From the NCBI GenBank assembly GCA_019322805.1, contig JAHWIC010000001.1, positions 132,150-196,149 of the forward strand: a DNA stretch of 64,000 nucleotides, given 5' to 3'. Origin of the DNA: Candidatus Woesearchaeota archaeon. Its GTDB lineage: Archaea > Nanobdellota > Nanobdellia > Woesearchaeales > JAHWIC01. The notes below the pieces were generated by a model. The model saw nothing but the letters and a program-made list of their open reading frames with translations. It was not told the origin of the DNA and did not search any database. Of this stretch, positions 46,827 through 56,594 are shown piece after piece (the first letter of the stretch is position 1; each line of letters starts with the position of its first letter). A program made the translations under genes and the position numbers.

Positions 46827-47291
46827 ATGGTTGATAAAGCTAAAGAATTTCTTGTCGATTGGATTAGAAACCATCTTAAGAATAGGGATATTATGACCAG
46901 GAGTATTGAGAGTATAGGGTATAACAAAACGGGTTTTGATGTTTATGTAAAATTCAAGGATAAGGAACAATTTATTATTATTGCGCCGATTATTGAGGGT
47001 ATGGGTGGCATCTTGTCAAAACTAAAGGATAAAGAAGCTTGTTATACAATTGTGACATTTAACAATCATAAGAATTTTAAGGAGATTATAAATAATTGGA
47101 ATAAGCTTGCTGAATTTAAATCTTTGAATATATTCTTTGTTAATCCTTTTTCTCAGCTTGATAAAAGATGGATTATCTATCCTCATACCCATAATAAGAT
47201 TTGCGACAAGAGCTCATTAGAGAAAGGTTTAAAGGCAATGTTTGAGATGGTGGAACCTATAAGTGAGGAAGCTATCAAGAATAAGTTCTAG
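46827..47291 (+). CDS. Hypothetical protein.
   Basis: 154-aa ORF of native composition with no motifs I can assign. Confidence 0.4.
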   Translation: MVDKAKEFLVDWIRNHLKNRDIMTRSIESIGYNKTGFDVYVKFKDKEQFIIIAPIIEGMGGILSKLKDKEACYTIVTFNNHKNFKEIINNWNKLAEFKSLNIFFVNPFSQLDKRWIIYPHTHNKICDKSSLEKGLKAMFEMVEPISEEAIKNKF

Positions 47292-47869
47292 ATTAATATT
47301 ACCATTAATTGGCCAACAAATCCTGCAAATAACGGCCCTAATAGATTATCATCAAGTTCGTCTATTAGGATTTCTACTAATGTTGCTGTAAATGCCATTG
47401 CTATTATGACATATACGTTTGTCAAAATTAAAAACCCAATTATCAGATTGATTACCAACTCTGCTACAGAACCTTTTAGTGTCTTGTTTCTGAATATCAA
47501 GGTTAAGCCATATTTTCTTCCAATCATAGCTGCAGCCATATCCCCAAAGGTTGTCATTAACAAAGCTGCTAGAGCTACCCTTTTATCGAATATTGCAAGG
47601 CATATTACTGTTGCTGTCAGAAAGTGTATAACGCTCGATAAGCGATCTTTTTCCTGAGGCGTTATCATCTTTGAATAAAATGGAACTGTTATGTCGCGCT
47701 CAATCCTGAAGTATTCTAAGATCAAGAAGAAAAGTAAAACGCTTACTAAGGTCAACATTGCTGCTTTTTGACCAATGCCTAAGTCTATTATTGAGTAGGC
47801 TATCAGCGTTACAAGTATTAGAAAATGCACTATCCTTCTGCTAACTTCATTTGGAGATGTCCAAACCAT
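47288..47869 (-). CDS. CTP-dependent membrane transferase of the CarS/dolichol-kinase/CDS superfamily.
   Basis: 193 aa, 5-6 TM helices, signature FGDMAAAMIGRKYG (GDxxAxxxGxxxG). Confidence 0.5.
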   Translation of the reverse strand: MVWTSPNEVSRRIVHFLILVTLIAYSIIDLGIGQKAAMLTLVSVLLFFLILEYFRIERDITVPFYSKMITPQEKDRLSSVIHFLTATVICLAIFDKRVALAALLMTTFGDMAAAMIGRKYGLTLIFRNKTLKGSVAELVINLIIGFLILTNVYVIIAMAFTATLVEILIDELDDNLLGPLFAGFVGQLMVILI

Positions 47870-47889
47870 AGTGTTTTAAGAAGAATATG

Positions 47890-48340
47890 AGATTTAAATA
47901 GTTTTCTAACGACTGGTTACGCTCGCCTTGTCCGCGAGCTTGCTCGTGGACTCGCAAGCAAATTGACACGCAATGAGGGTTTCCTCGCGGATAACGCCAT
48001 AAACGCTTCGCGTTTAATTTCACCGCTCGTCAAGCCCTCCAACTGCAACTGGATGTTTTACATTTTGTATACGCTACATTCACATAGCCTCTAAAGGAAT
48101 ATACGGCTGCCGGGACTTCCGAACATTGGAACGACAACGTCATTCCGGGCTTGGGTCCTCTTGCGAGAACTGTGGGCCGCACCTTTCGAACCCGGGTAGC
48201 AAGCTTATTCCAGCTTTATGGGAAGCTCGAATCATACCGCTAGATCACAGCCGTATAATTGGAAGGTATTCTCTTTATGATTTAAAATTTTGTATGTCTG
48301 GATTATCACTGCACGATAGGAACTTTTAAATAATATTATA
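47890..48340. ncRNA. GC-rich, ORF-poor structured block: candidate ncRNA of unknown class (strand undetermined).
   Basis: GC content is far above the genome background and the block has multiple stem-forming segments. A bipartite motif GGGCTTGACGAGCG...CGAGGAAACCC is shared with 26081-26125. The 67-aa ORF at 48126-48329 is probably spurious. Confidence 0.35.
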
Positions 48341-48356
48341 AATTCCCCAGCAGGCT

Positions 48357-49691
48357 ATGGCAAGGAAAGCAAAGAAAGGGAAAGGAGGAAGGGCCTTAAT
48401 TCCATTTTTATATGGAATTTTAGCAAAGAGTGAGGAAGGAACTAGGCTTAGGGAAAGTCCAAGAAAGCTAGGAACTTACCAGGCTTTTTCCGTTGCTAGA
48501 GCAGCTGAAGCTGTAATAGGTCTTTGGACAAGGGAAGAAATAAAAGGCGAGCTAGAGAAAATTGTGGACAGGGATGACTTGTTTTATGCTCCTAGATTTC
48601 ATGTTTGGTTAGAAAGAGAAGGCCGCATAGGCATAACAAAAATGGACAGAGCAGTTAAAAAGCCTCCAAAAAAGCTTGTTGATGAAATTAGTGATGCTGG
48701 AAAAAGAAGAACAAAAAACCTTACAATGCTTCCTGCTTACGACTCTGAAAATTCAAGATATGGCGGAACTTTATCACACAATATCCAACTAACAATGGGT
48801 GTGAAGTCGAGGTCTAGGGGAAATTATCAGGATACACCCCCAGTAAGGCAAGGCTCAATTCACAGGCCGTTATTTGCTAGAGGGCATATGCTACACCCTA
48901 ATATGGCTATTGGAAGTTGTTGCCAAGATTCTGGGGAGCACTCACAAAAAATAAGAGATTACTTTACTTATGTCTGGTGCTATCATTCCCTTGCAAGATT
49001 GACAAGAGCTTATTGGGAAGCAAATGGGAAAGCTGATCTTACCATAGCAGGCCTTAAACTTGGAGCAAGGGTTGCTCTTCCTTTTGATTTCCTAAAAGTG
49101 CCTGAAATGGCGTTTGACCAATTTGCGAGGAGATATGTTGATGGCCAGTCTTTATGGGAGATAAGTTTCGAGATGGCTGAGCATTATGAGAGATTTACCA
49201 CGCAAGAGTTTACTTCTATGCTTCGTGAAGGGGGATGTTTTTTTGGGTTGATTCCATATGCCAGAAATTTCTCTGCTATTGCTGATTCTGTGAAAGAAGC
49301 AGCTATAAGGGCTTTATGGAAAAGGGATGATTATTATTTCCTAGGCCATGGTATTGAAAGGGTTCGTGAGGAAACTAATGGTTTGTGGGACAAACCAATT
49401 GAAAGTTTCATATATATGAAGAAAGAGGGTCATAGGGATTTACCTCAAAGAAAAAGAGTTCATATTGTTGTTAATTCTGATACTGATGGTGTTTATTATG
49501 TTATTAAGGTTCCACAGAATATGGCAGACGGAGTTTTTACATCCACTGCAAAGCCATTAGCAAAATTTGAAGAAGCAGATACCGCCTTTAGAAATGATGT
49601 TGTTTGTGCTGTTTACGAGATACCTGATAAAATACTAGGACCAAAACTAGCTAGAGAATACAGGGAAATTAAAGAAAATGAACAAGCTTAA
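48357..49691 (+). CDS. Hypothetical protein (444 aa) of atypical Arg/Gly/Ala-rich composition.
   Basis: Long ORF directly downstream of the GC-rich noncoding block. No assignable motifs apart from a Cys pair (GSCCQDSGEH). Confidence 0.5.
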   Translation: MARKAKKGKGGRALIPFLYGILAKSEEGTRLRESPRKLGTYQAFSVARAAEAVIGLWTREEIKGELEKIVDRDDLFYAPRFHVWLEREGRIGITKMDRAVKKPPKKLVDEISDAGKRRTKNLTMLPAYDSENSRYGGTLSHNIQLTMGVKSRSRGNYQDTPPVRQGSIHRPLFARGHMLHPNMAIGSCCQDSGEHSQKIRDYFTYVWCYHSLARLTRAYWEANGKADLTIAGLKLGARVALPFDFLKVPEMAFDQFARRYVDGQSLWEISFEMAEHYERFTTQEFTSMLREGGCFFGLIPYARNFSAIADSVKEAAIRALWKRDDYYFLGHGIERVREETNGLWDKPIESFIYMKKEGHRDLPQRKRVHIVVNSDTDGVYYVIKVPQNMADGVFTSTAKPLAKFEEADTAFRNDVVCAVYEIPDKILGPKLAREYREIKENEQA

Positions 49692-49972
49692 GCCTCAGCA
49701 CTACTTTCTTCTTCCTCAGCACTGTAGCTTGGAACTGCTGCTTTGCTTATTATCATTACATCACCAATGCTTTTAACAAGCTGGTGTGGAACAATAACCC
49801 CTTTTGCTGAGCCCAGCACTTTGTTTAAGAAAGATGCTTTTGTTGCTCTAACTCTCCAGCCAAATATCTTTGTTTGTGTAAGAATTGACTCTTCAACATC
49901 GCCAAAATAGTCCCCTGTATCTGTATACACCTTCATATCGAATGTTTCAGAGATTTTTTTCATCTTCAGCAT
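49688..49972 (-). CDS. PRC-barrel domain protein.
   Basis: 94 aa, MKVYTDTGDYFGDVEESIL...GVIVPHQLVKSIGDVMII, typical archaeal PRC barrel. Confidence 0.6.
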   Translation of the reverse strand: MLKMKKISETFDMKVYTDTGDYFGDVEESILTQTKIFGWRVRATKASFLNKVLGSAKGVIVPHQLVKSIGDVMIISKAAVPSYSAEEEESSAEA

Positions 49973-50082
49973 TATAAACCACCTTTTTTATTAGTGAATG
50001 ATAAAAATATGTTCAGATATTTAAAGTATTCGGTTTGATTGTATCACTAGATTTAAATAAAATATCATAATAATGATGCCTT

Positions 50083-50775
50083 ATGAAGTACAAGAACCTT
50101 ACGATAATAGGCACTTCACATATAGCTAAGCAAAGCCTAAAGGAAGTAGAGGGATTTATAGAAGAAAAAAAGCCGGATATTATTGCTTTAGAGCTTGATG
50201 CAAAGAGATTTTATGCATTAATGCATAAGCCAAAAGGCAGGATTAGAATATATGATATAAGAAGGGTCGGAGTTAAAGGGTTCATTTTTTCGTTAATTGG
50301 CGCCTGGGTTGAGCGCAAGCTCGGCCAGATAGTAAAGGTTGAGCCTGGCTCTGAGATGAAATTGGCTATTAAGCTGGCTAAAAAGCACAAGCTTGAGCTT
50401 GCTTTGATTGACCAGGATATTGAGGTTACTTTAAGGAAATTCTCCAGGTCATTAAGCATGAAGGAAAGGTGGCATTTTTTTGTGGACCTTTTTAAGGCAT
50501 TTGTTCTGAGAAAGAAAGAAGCAGAATTTGACCTTACAAAAGTGCCAGAAAAGAAGCTCATAAAGAAACTGGTTGGTCAGGTTAAAAAAAGATACCCCAA
50601 TATACACAATGTTCTGGTTGAGGAGAGGAATAAGATAATGGCTGATAAGCTAAAGCAGCTTATGGATAAATATCCGGAGAAGAGCATACTGGCTATTGTT
50701 GGTGCAGGTCATGAAGAAGATATCGTTAAACTGATAAAAAAGCCCCAGGTAACTTACACCATATCTTTCGGCTAG
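50083..50775 (+). CDS. TraB/GumN-family protein.
   Basis: 230 aa, N-terminal LTIIGTSHIA motif and C-terminal ...AIVGAGHE motif characteristic of the TraB family. Confidence 0.65.
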   Translation: MKYKNLTIIGTSHIAKQSLKEVEGFIEEKKPDIIALELDAKRFYALMHKPKGRIRIYDIRRVGVKGFIFSLIGAWVERKLGQIVKVEPGSEMKLAIKLAKKHKLELALIDQDIEVTLRKFSRSLSMKERWHFFVDLFKAFVLRKKEAEFDLTKVPEKKLIKKLVGQVKKRYPNIHNVLVEERNKIMADKLKQLMDKYPEKSILAIVGAGHEEDIVKLIKKPQVTYTISFG

Positions 50776-50820
50776 AAAACAACAATATTTATATAGATAA
50801 AAAGTGGAATTAAACATAGG

Positions 50821-51573
50821 ATGGGAGAGATTGTAGATTTAATTGACAAGATAAAAAGGTATTATAAATTCACTCCAAATGAGGCTGTTAATGTAGTTGC
50901 TTCTATCCTGATTGTTGCATTTGTCATTTCTTTTAATGATTGGGAAGTTGGCAATCTGGCTGTTGGCTTAAGAAATCTTTTCAATGCCATACTTATTGTT
51001 ACACTTACATTTATCGTCCATTTGTCAGCACAAAGGATAGCTGCTCTGCAGATTGGTTTTAGGGCTGAGTATAAGATGTTTACTTTCGGTTTATTGCTGA
51101 GCCTTGTGATAGTGTTTGTGTCCAGGGGAAAGGTGTGGTGGATTATCCTGCCTGGAGGAATACTAGTACACCATCTTGCTGGCCACCGCCTTGGCTGGTG
51201 GAGATATGGGCTTACTGCTTTTGGACAGGGCTTTACAGCGCTGATGGGGCCTGTAGCAACAATGTTCCTGGCATTATTCTTCAGGATGATGAAAGGCATA
51301 ATTGCAAGCCCATTAGTACATAAAGCAATGGTATTTAATATCGTATTCGCTATATGCACTATGCTTCCGATCCCTCCTTTAGATGGAACCAGGGTTTTCT
51401 GGGGCTCCAGGCTTACCTATGTATTTAGCTATTGTGCAATAATTGGGGCTGCTTTACTGTTACTAAGCAGCCTTCCTGGCTGGATTGTTATTATTGGCGC
51501 ATTACTTATAGGAGTTATAGGCTGGCTAGCTTATTATGTGTTTTTTGAAAGGCTTTACAGAGGTCATCCATAA
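50821..51573 (+). CDS. Polytopic membrane protein with a site-2-protease-like LPIPPLDG motif but no evident HExxH.
   Basis: 250-aa ORF with 6-7 TM helices. M50-type LDG motif present, zinc-binding HExxH absent. Confidence 0.4.
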   Translation: MGEIVDLIDKIKRYYKFTPNEAVNVVASILIVAFVISFNDWEVGNLAVGLRNLFNAILIVTLTFIVHLSAQRIAALQIGFRAEYKMFTFGLLLSLVIVFVSRGKVWWIILPGGILVHHLAGHRLGWWRYGLTAFGQGFTALMGPVATMFLALFFRMMKGIIASPLVHKAMVFNIVFAICTMLPIPPLDGTRVFWGSRLTYVFSYCAIIGAALLLLSSLPGWIVIIGALLIGVIGWLAYYVFFERLYRGHP

Positions 51574-51905
51574 TGGTCGGTGGAGAATATTTTTTCAGAA
51601 AGTGGGCAGAGGTTGTTTTCATTATCATATTAGTTATAGGTTTTGTTATTGCTTTAGTCTCTCCTAGTGCAGCTATAAGCTACATTGTAATTTTTATATG
51701 CGGCCTGTTTGCAGGCAGAGTGATCTATGAAAGGAAAGGCAGAGGAATGTTCCCTTATTTTCTTATAATAATCGGTTTTTTTATAGGCTATCTTATTGGT
51801 GCTTACCGTGGTGAACGCGAGGTAATGGCTGTATTGTTTGTGTTAGGGGGTTTGATTGGTTATTATATATATGACAAAGGAATTCTAAGAGATATAAGAT
51901 TCTAG
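51573..51905 (+). CDS. Small membrane protein (3 TM).
   Basis: 110 aa, overlapping start/stop (ATAATG) with the upstream membrane protein. Confidence 0.45.
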   Translation: MVGGEYFFRKWAEVVFIIILVIGFVIALVSPSAAISYIVIFICGLFAGRVIYERKGRGMFPYFLIIIGFFIGYLIGAYRGEREVMAVLFVLGGLIGYYIYDKGILRDIRF

Positions 51906-51906
51906 G

Positions 51907-52464
51907 ATGATAAAGAAAATTTCTGATAAGATATGGAAAATACCAAGTGAGGGAAATGTTTATTTCCTTGATTTTGAGGAGAAAATCATAATTGATACAA
52001 GCGCAAGGATTAACAGGCATATAATTGAGCAATTCTTAGGCAAGGTTGTTGATTTTGATAAAATCAATAAAGTAATCTTTACGCACCTGCATCTTGACCA
52101 TATTGGAAATTTTGATTTGTTCAGAAATGCTAAGTTTTTTGCTTCTCAAGAGGAAATTGAGGATTTCAAGAAAAATCCTGCAGGAGCTACTCTTGATCCA
52201 TTTATTGCCAAGAATTTTAATGTAAAGTTAAATCCCATCAAGGATTTTGAGGGATTTAAGATAGTCAAAACACCAGGCCATACAAGGGGAAGTATTTGCC
52301 TATGGTATGGCCACAAAAAGATTTTGTTTAGCGGAGATACCTTATTTATGAACGGCTATGGCCGTATTGATTTGCCAACTTCTGTTCCAGGAAAGATGGA
52401 AGAAAGCCTGAACAAACTTAAGGCATATGATTATGAGATTCTTTGCCCTGGGCATGATTATTGA
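51907..52464 (+). CDS. MBL-fold metallo-hydrolase (glyoxalase II-like).
   Basis: 185 aa, FTHLHLDHIGN and PGHTRGSICLW motifs. Confidence 0.75.
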   Translation: MIKKISDKIWKIPSEGNVYFLDFEEKIIIDTSARINRHIIEQFLGKVVDFDKINKVIFTHLHLDHIGNFDLFRNAKFFASQEEIEDFKKNPAGATLDPFIAKNFNVKLNPIKDFEGFKIVKTPGHTRGSICLWYGHKKILFSGDTLFMNGYGRIDLPTSVPGKMEESLNKLKAYDYEILCPGHDY

Positions 52465-52504
52465 GTAGGCAAATTATATAAAGACAGTTTAATTTGCCTT
52501 TTCT

Positions 52505-54724
52505 ATGATTAAAGACTTTACGCCTCGTTTGTATCAGGAGACAATCCTTGCAACCTGTGTCAGATATAATACATTGGTTGTTCTTCCAACTGGAATGGGC
52601 AAGACAAATATCTTCCTTATGCTAGCTGCCCATAGGCTTAAGAATTATCCTAGCTCCAAGATATTGTTCATTGGTCCAACAAAGCCATTAATTGACCAAT
52701 ATCTAGAGGTTTTCAAGAAATATTTTGAGATTGAGGAAGATAAGTTTGCTGTTTTTACAGGAATGGTAAAGCCTGAGAAGCGTGAAGAGCTTTGGAAAAC
52801 AGCTAAAGTAATTTTTTCAACACCTCAGGGCTTAGAGAATGATATTATCTCCAGTCGCATTAATCTTGAGGAGGTATCCTTGCTTGGTGTTGATGAAGCA
52901 CATCGTGCTGTTGGTGACTATGCTTATGTTTTTGTTGCAAAACAATACCAGAAAAAAGCAAAGTATGCTCGTATAATTGCTTTAACTGCTTCGCCTGGCT
53001 CTGACCTAGAGAAGATAAAAGAGGTTTGCGGGAATTTATACATAGATGAGATAGAGGTTAGAACTGATGAAGATCCTGATGTTAAGCCTTATATCCAGGA
53101 GGTTGAGCTTGATTGGGTTAAGGTTACTTTACCAGAACCATTTTTACAGATACAGAAGTTTTTGAAGGGTTTTCTTAAAGAAAGACTACAGAAACTAAAG
53201 AAATGGGGAATTTTGCGCAGAACTGATATTAACTTTGTTTCTAAAAAGGATTTGCTTACTCTGCAAGGTCAGCTCAGAGGTCGCGCATCTAAGGCTGGAA
53301 AGGATTTTGTTCTCTGGAATGCAATTTCTGTTCTTGCTGAGGTTATGAAGATGTATCATGCTTTGGAATTGCTTGAAACGCAAGGAAGCATTGCTTTATA
53401 CAAATATTTGAAGAAAATGCAGGATGAATCCTTTACTACCAAGGTTAAAGCTGTTAAGAATGTCGTTGCTGACCTGAACTTTAGGTCTGCTCTGATAAAA
53501 ACAGGTAAGCTTGTTGAAGAGAAAGTTGAGCATCCTAAGCTAGTTGAACTGCAGAAGATTATTGAAAAAGAAGCCAGCAACAAAGACGTTAAGATAATTG
53601 TTTTTAATCAATATCGCGATAATGCCTCTGATATTGAGGAAAAATTGAATAGAATTGAGGGTATAAAGGCAAGAATCTTTGTTGGACAAGCTAAAAAAAG
53701 CGGAACAGGTTTATCGCAAAAAGAGCAGAAAGAGATTCTTGATAAATTCAGAGAAGGGGAGTTTAATGTTTTGGTTGCAACCTCTATTGGTGAGGAAGGC
53801 CTTGATATTCCTAAGGTTGATTTTGTTATCTTTTATGAGCCAATTCCTTCTGCAATCCGCACAATACAGCGTAAAGGCAGAACTGGTCGCTTAGAGAAAG
53901 GTAGAGTTACTGTTTTGATGACAGAGGGAACTAGAGATGAAGGTTATAGGTGGTCTGCACATCACAAGCAGAAAAGGATGTATCGCAATTTGGATAATTT
54001 GAAGAAGAAAGTTTCTTTTGAGTTAAAGCGGAAAAAGGATGAGAGTCTTGACAAGTACAAGGCTGATGCTGAGAAGATAAAGATTTTTGCTGATTATCGT
54101 GAAAAAGGCTCTGGAACAATAAAAGAGCTTGTTGAGCTAGGTGCTGATTTAAAGCTTGAAAAACTTGAAAATGCTGATTATTTGTTAAGCTCAAGAGTTG
54201 GTATTGAGGTTAAGACAACTGAGGATTTTGTTAATTCAATTATTGACGGCAGATTATTGCAACAGATAAAAGAGCTTAGGAGAAACTTTGAAAGGCCTGT
54301 TGTTTTGATTGAAGGTACTGATGATATTTATTCTGTAAGAAATGTCCATGCAAATGCAATTAGAGGTATGCTAGCTACTATTGCAGTTAGCTATGGAATT
54401 CCTATTTTACACAGCAGTAATCCAAAAGAGACTGCTGCTTTGTTGAATATTATTGCTAAGCGTGAGCAAGAAGTAACTGGAAAAGACTTTACTTTGCACG
54501 GCGAGAAGCGAGCTTTTAGCATGAAAGACATGCAGGAGTATATTGTTTCTGCTTTACCTGGTGTTGGTGCAACACTTGCAAAGCCTTTGTTGAAAGCTTT
54601 AGGAAGTGTTAAGAATGTTGTTAATGCTTCTGTTGATGAATTAAAAGAAGTTGAGAAGATTGGCCCTAAAAAAGCCAAGCAGATAAGGGATGTTGTTGAT
54701 TCTGATTACTCAGAAACTTCTTGA
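52505..54724 (+). CDS. hef: Hef/FANCM-like helicase-nuclease (SF2 helicase + ERCC4/XPF nuclease + HhH2).
   Basis: 739 aa, helicase motif I LPTGMGKT, DEAH box DEAHRAV, helicase motif VI QRKGRTGR, ERCC4 nuclease core (ERPVVLIEG), C-terminal HhH (LPGVGATLAKPLL). Confidence 0.85.
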   Translation: MIKDFTPRLYQETILATCVRYNTLVVLPTGMGKTNIFLMLAAHRLKNYPSSKILFIGPTKPLIDQYLEVFKKYFEIEEDKFAVFTGMVKPEKREELWKTAKVIFSTPQGLENDIISSRINLEEVSLLGVDEAHRAVGDYAYVFVAKQYQKKAKYARIIALTASPGSDLEKIKEVCGNLYIDEIEVRTDEDPDVKPYIQEVELDWVKVTLPEPFLQIQKFLKGFLKERLQKLKKWGILRRTDINFVSKKDLLTLQGQLRGRASKAGKDFVLWNAISVLAEVMKMYHALELLETQGSIALYKYLKKMQDESFTTKVKAVKNVVADLNFRSALIKTGKLVEEKVEHPKLVELQKIIEKEASNKDVKIIVFNQYRDNASDIEEKLNRIEGIKARIFVGQAKKSGTGLSQKEQKEILDKFREGEFNVLVATSIGEEGLDIPKVDFVIFYEPIPSAIRTIQRKGRTGRLEKGRVTVLMTEGTRDEGYRWSAHHKQKRMYRNLDNLKKKVSFELKRKKDESLDKYKADAEKIKIFADYREKGSGTIKELVELGADLKLEKLENADYLLSSRVGIEVKTTEDFVNSIIDGRLLQQIKELRRNFERPVVLIEGTDDIYSVRNVHANAIRGMLATIAVSYGIPILHSSNPKETAALLNIIAKREQEVTGKDFTLHGEKRAFSMKDMQEYIVSALPGVGATLAKPLLKALGSVKNVVNASVDELKEVEKIGPKKAKQIRDVVDSDYSETS

Positions 54725-55567
54725 TCTCAATCTCTTAACTCTTTCTTTTATTGGCGGATGTGTTGAAAACAAAGTAAAAAATCCTCTTCCACGGAAAGGT
54801 GAAGCTATCATCAAATGAGCAGTTGTTTCTGTTGTTGAGCATGGCCTTAAAGGTGCGTGATGTATTCCTGTTTCTAGTTTTTCCAAAGCACTTGCTAAAC
54901 CATGGCCATTATGAAGTACTTTAGCAGCTGATTCATCAGCTTGGTACTCTCGGTTTCTTGAGATTGCAAGCCTTATGATTGTTGCGAGTATTGGTGTAAG
55001 AATTGCTAAAACTAAGAGCTCTAAACCAGAACCACCCCTGCGGTCTCTTCCACCATAGCCAGCAAACATTGCACCCCATCTTGCAATCATTGCAACATAA
55101 GAAATGACTCCTGCGATTGTTGCTGCAACTGCTTGTATCAGTGTATCGCGATTCTTGATATGGCTCATTTCATGAGCAATAACCCCTTTTAATTCTTCTT
55201 CATCAAGTAATTTGAGTATGCCTGCGGTAGCTGCAACTGCTGCATGTTTTGGGTTTCTTCCTGTTGCAAAAGCATTTGGATTATGGCTAGGAACAATATA
55301 CACCTTAGGCATTGGAATGTTAGCTAAATGTGCAACATCATGAACAATTTTATGCAGTTTAGGTGCTTCTGCTTCTGTAACTGGTTTTGCACGGTAAATT
55401 GCCAAAACAAGCTTGTCAGAGTACCAGTAAGCACCAAAGTTCATAATAACTGCAAAGATAATAGCAAAAGTCATTCCATCAACTCCCCAGAATGAGCCTA
55501 CCCATAAGAATATACCTGTAAGTGCTGCGAGCAAGACTAATGTTCTGAATTGATTTTGAAATGACAT
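54710..55567 (-). CDS. htpX: Zinc metalloprotease HtpX (M48).
   Basis: 285 aa, HEMSHIKNRD HExxH motif, N-terminal TM helices. Confidence 0.85.
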   Translation of the reverse strand: MSFQNQFRTLVLLAALTGIFLWVGSFWGVDGMTFAIIFAVIMNFGAYWYSDKLVLAIYRAKPVTEAEAPKLHKIVHDVAHLANIPMPKVYIVPSHNPNAFATGRNPKHAAVAATAGILKLLDEEELKGVIAHEMSHIKNRDTLIQAVAATIAGVISYVAMIARWGAMFAGYGGRDRRGGSGLELLVLAILTPILATIIRLAISRNREYQADESAAKVLHNGHGLASALEKLETGIHHAPLRPCSTTETTAHLMIASPFRGRGFFTLFSTHPPIKERVKRLRSRSF

Positions 55568-55573
55568 GCTATT

Positions 55574-55936
55574 TTATAATTCAATTTTATTTAAATAGCT
55601 TACTAGTCCTTCTATATGGCTAAGTTTTGTGTTTTTCTGTAGAAACTCGCGAAATCTGTTATCAACCTTAACTCCATGCCTTTGCAAGCCAGAATTTAAC
55701 CTTCCATAAAGTTGTTTTCCTTTTTTGTCAAAGTCAGTAAGAATTGTTATCGTTTTGTTTTTCTTCGATAGTTCCTCGATGATTTGAAACATTGGTTTTT
55801 TGCTGAGCGTAACAATGTTTTTTAGCCCTAAATAATTTAGTGCTTTTTTGTCTTTTATTCCTTCAACAATTATTATATTTTCAGAATTCTTTAGTCTTTC
55901 AATCTCTTCTTCAATTTCATCAGTGTTTTTTATCAT
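55574..55936 (-). CDS. Small stand-alone Toprim-domain protein.
   Basis: 120 aa, IIIVEGIKDKKALNYLG and TILTDFDKKGK Toprim acidic motifs. Confidence 0.6.
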   Translation of the reverse strand: MIKNTDEIEEEIERLKNSENIIIVEGIKDKKALNYLGLKNIVTLSKKPMFQIIEELSKKNKTITILTDFDKKGKQLYGRLNSGLQRHGVKVDNRFREFLQKNTKLSHIEGLVSYLNKIEL

Positions 55937-55949
55937 TAGGTGTTGTTAC

Positions 55950-56123
55950 ACATGCACAATTAGTTGTGCACTTGATCCAGTTTTTTATTTTTTAATTTTT
56001 TATAATTATAACAATTAAAAATAAATAAGGTGGAACTTCGTACCTCTGTCAAACTTTGTTTGGCTGCAGTATTTGTGAACCGGGTGATTTATTTCTAATG
56101 ATAATACATACATTGTGTGTATT
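55950..56123 (+). repeat. Intergenic repeat family, copy C.
   Basis: GCACAAttagTTGTGC hairpin + T-run + AACAATTAAAAATAAATAAGGTGGAACTTCGTA + CAAACtttGTTTG + ATACATACATTGTGTGTATT. No tRNA follows this copy. Confidence 0.65.
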
Positions 56124-56572
56124 CAATATCTCTTACTGAAAAAATCCTTTAGTATTTTCTTATGATCAAAGGCAAGCTTAGGCAGTTTTTTCTTTGTAAA
56201 TACTTTAGCTTCAACTGCATCGTCTTTTCCTTTTAATTTTCCAGAACCTTTTGCAATAAATATAACTCCAATTGTATGTCCGCGAGGATCTCGTTTAGGG
56301 TCAGAATAAGCATGGAACTGCCTGAGCAGCTTAACTTTCAAATTGGTTTCTTCTTTTGCCTCGCGAACAGCTGCTTTTTCTAAAGTCTCTCCATAATCAA
56401 CAAAGCCGCCAGGTATTGCCCAGCCATAAGGATGGTTTTTTCTTTTAATAAGAACTATTCCTCCTTGATACTTTATGATTATGTCAACAGCTATTCCAGG
56501 TAATTTTTTCATAATAATCTCTAATTTATTTTTATTTAAATAATTATTGTAGAAACAATTAAATATTCTCAT
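56123..56572 (-). CDS. Nudix hydrolase.
   Basis: Nudix box [24 protein letters not shown]. The probable real start is the internal MKKLPG. Confidence 0.8.
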   Translation of the reverse strand: MRIFNCFYNNYLNKNKLEIIMKKLPGIAVDIIIKYQGGIVLIKRKNHPYGWAIPGGFVDYGETLEKAAVREAKEETNLKVKLLRQFHAYSDPKRDPRGHTIGVIFIAKGSGKLKGKDDAVEAKVFTKKKLPKLAFDHKKILKDFFSKRY

Positions 56573-56594
56573 AAATTACTTTTGTGGGGGTTAA

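Noticed and set aside
48126-48329. 67-aa plus-strand ORF inside the GC-rich block.
   Set aside because: Gly/Ser/Pro-rich with no start context. The region behaves like structured RNA.
47890-48340. Possible second RNase P RNA (strings CGGAAGUCCCGG, GAAAGGUGCGG, UCCGGGCUUGGG).
   Set aside because: The conserved regions occur in the wrong 5'-to-3' order on either strand, and a clear RNase P RNA already exists at 31750-32142. Kept only as an unassigned ncRNA candidate.
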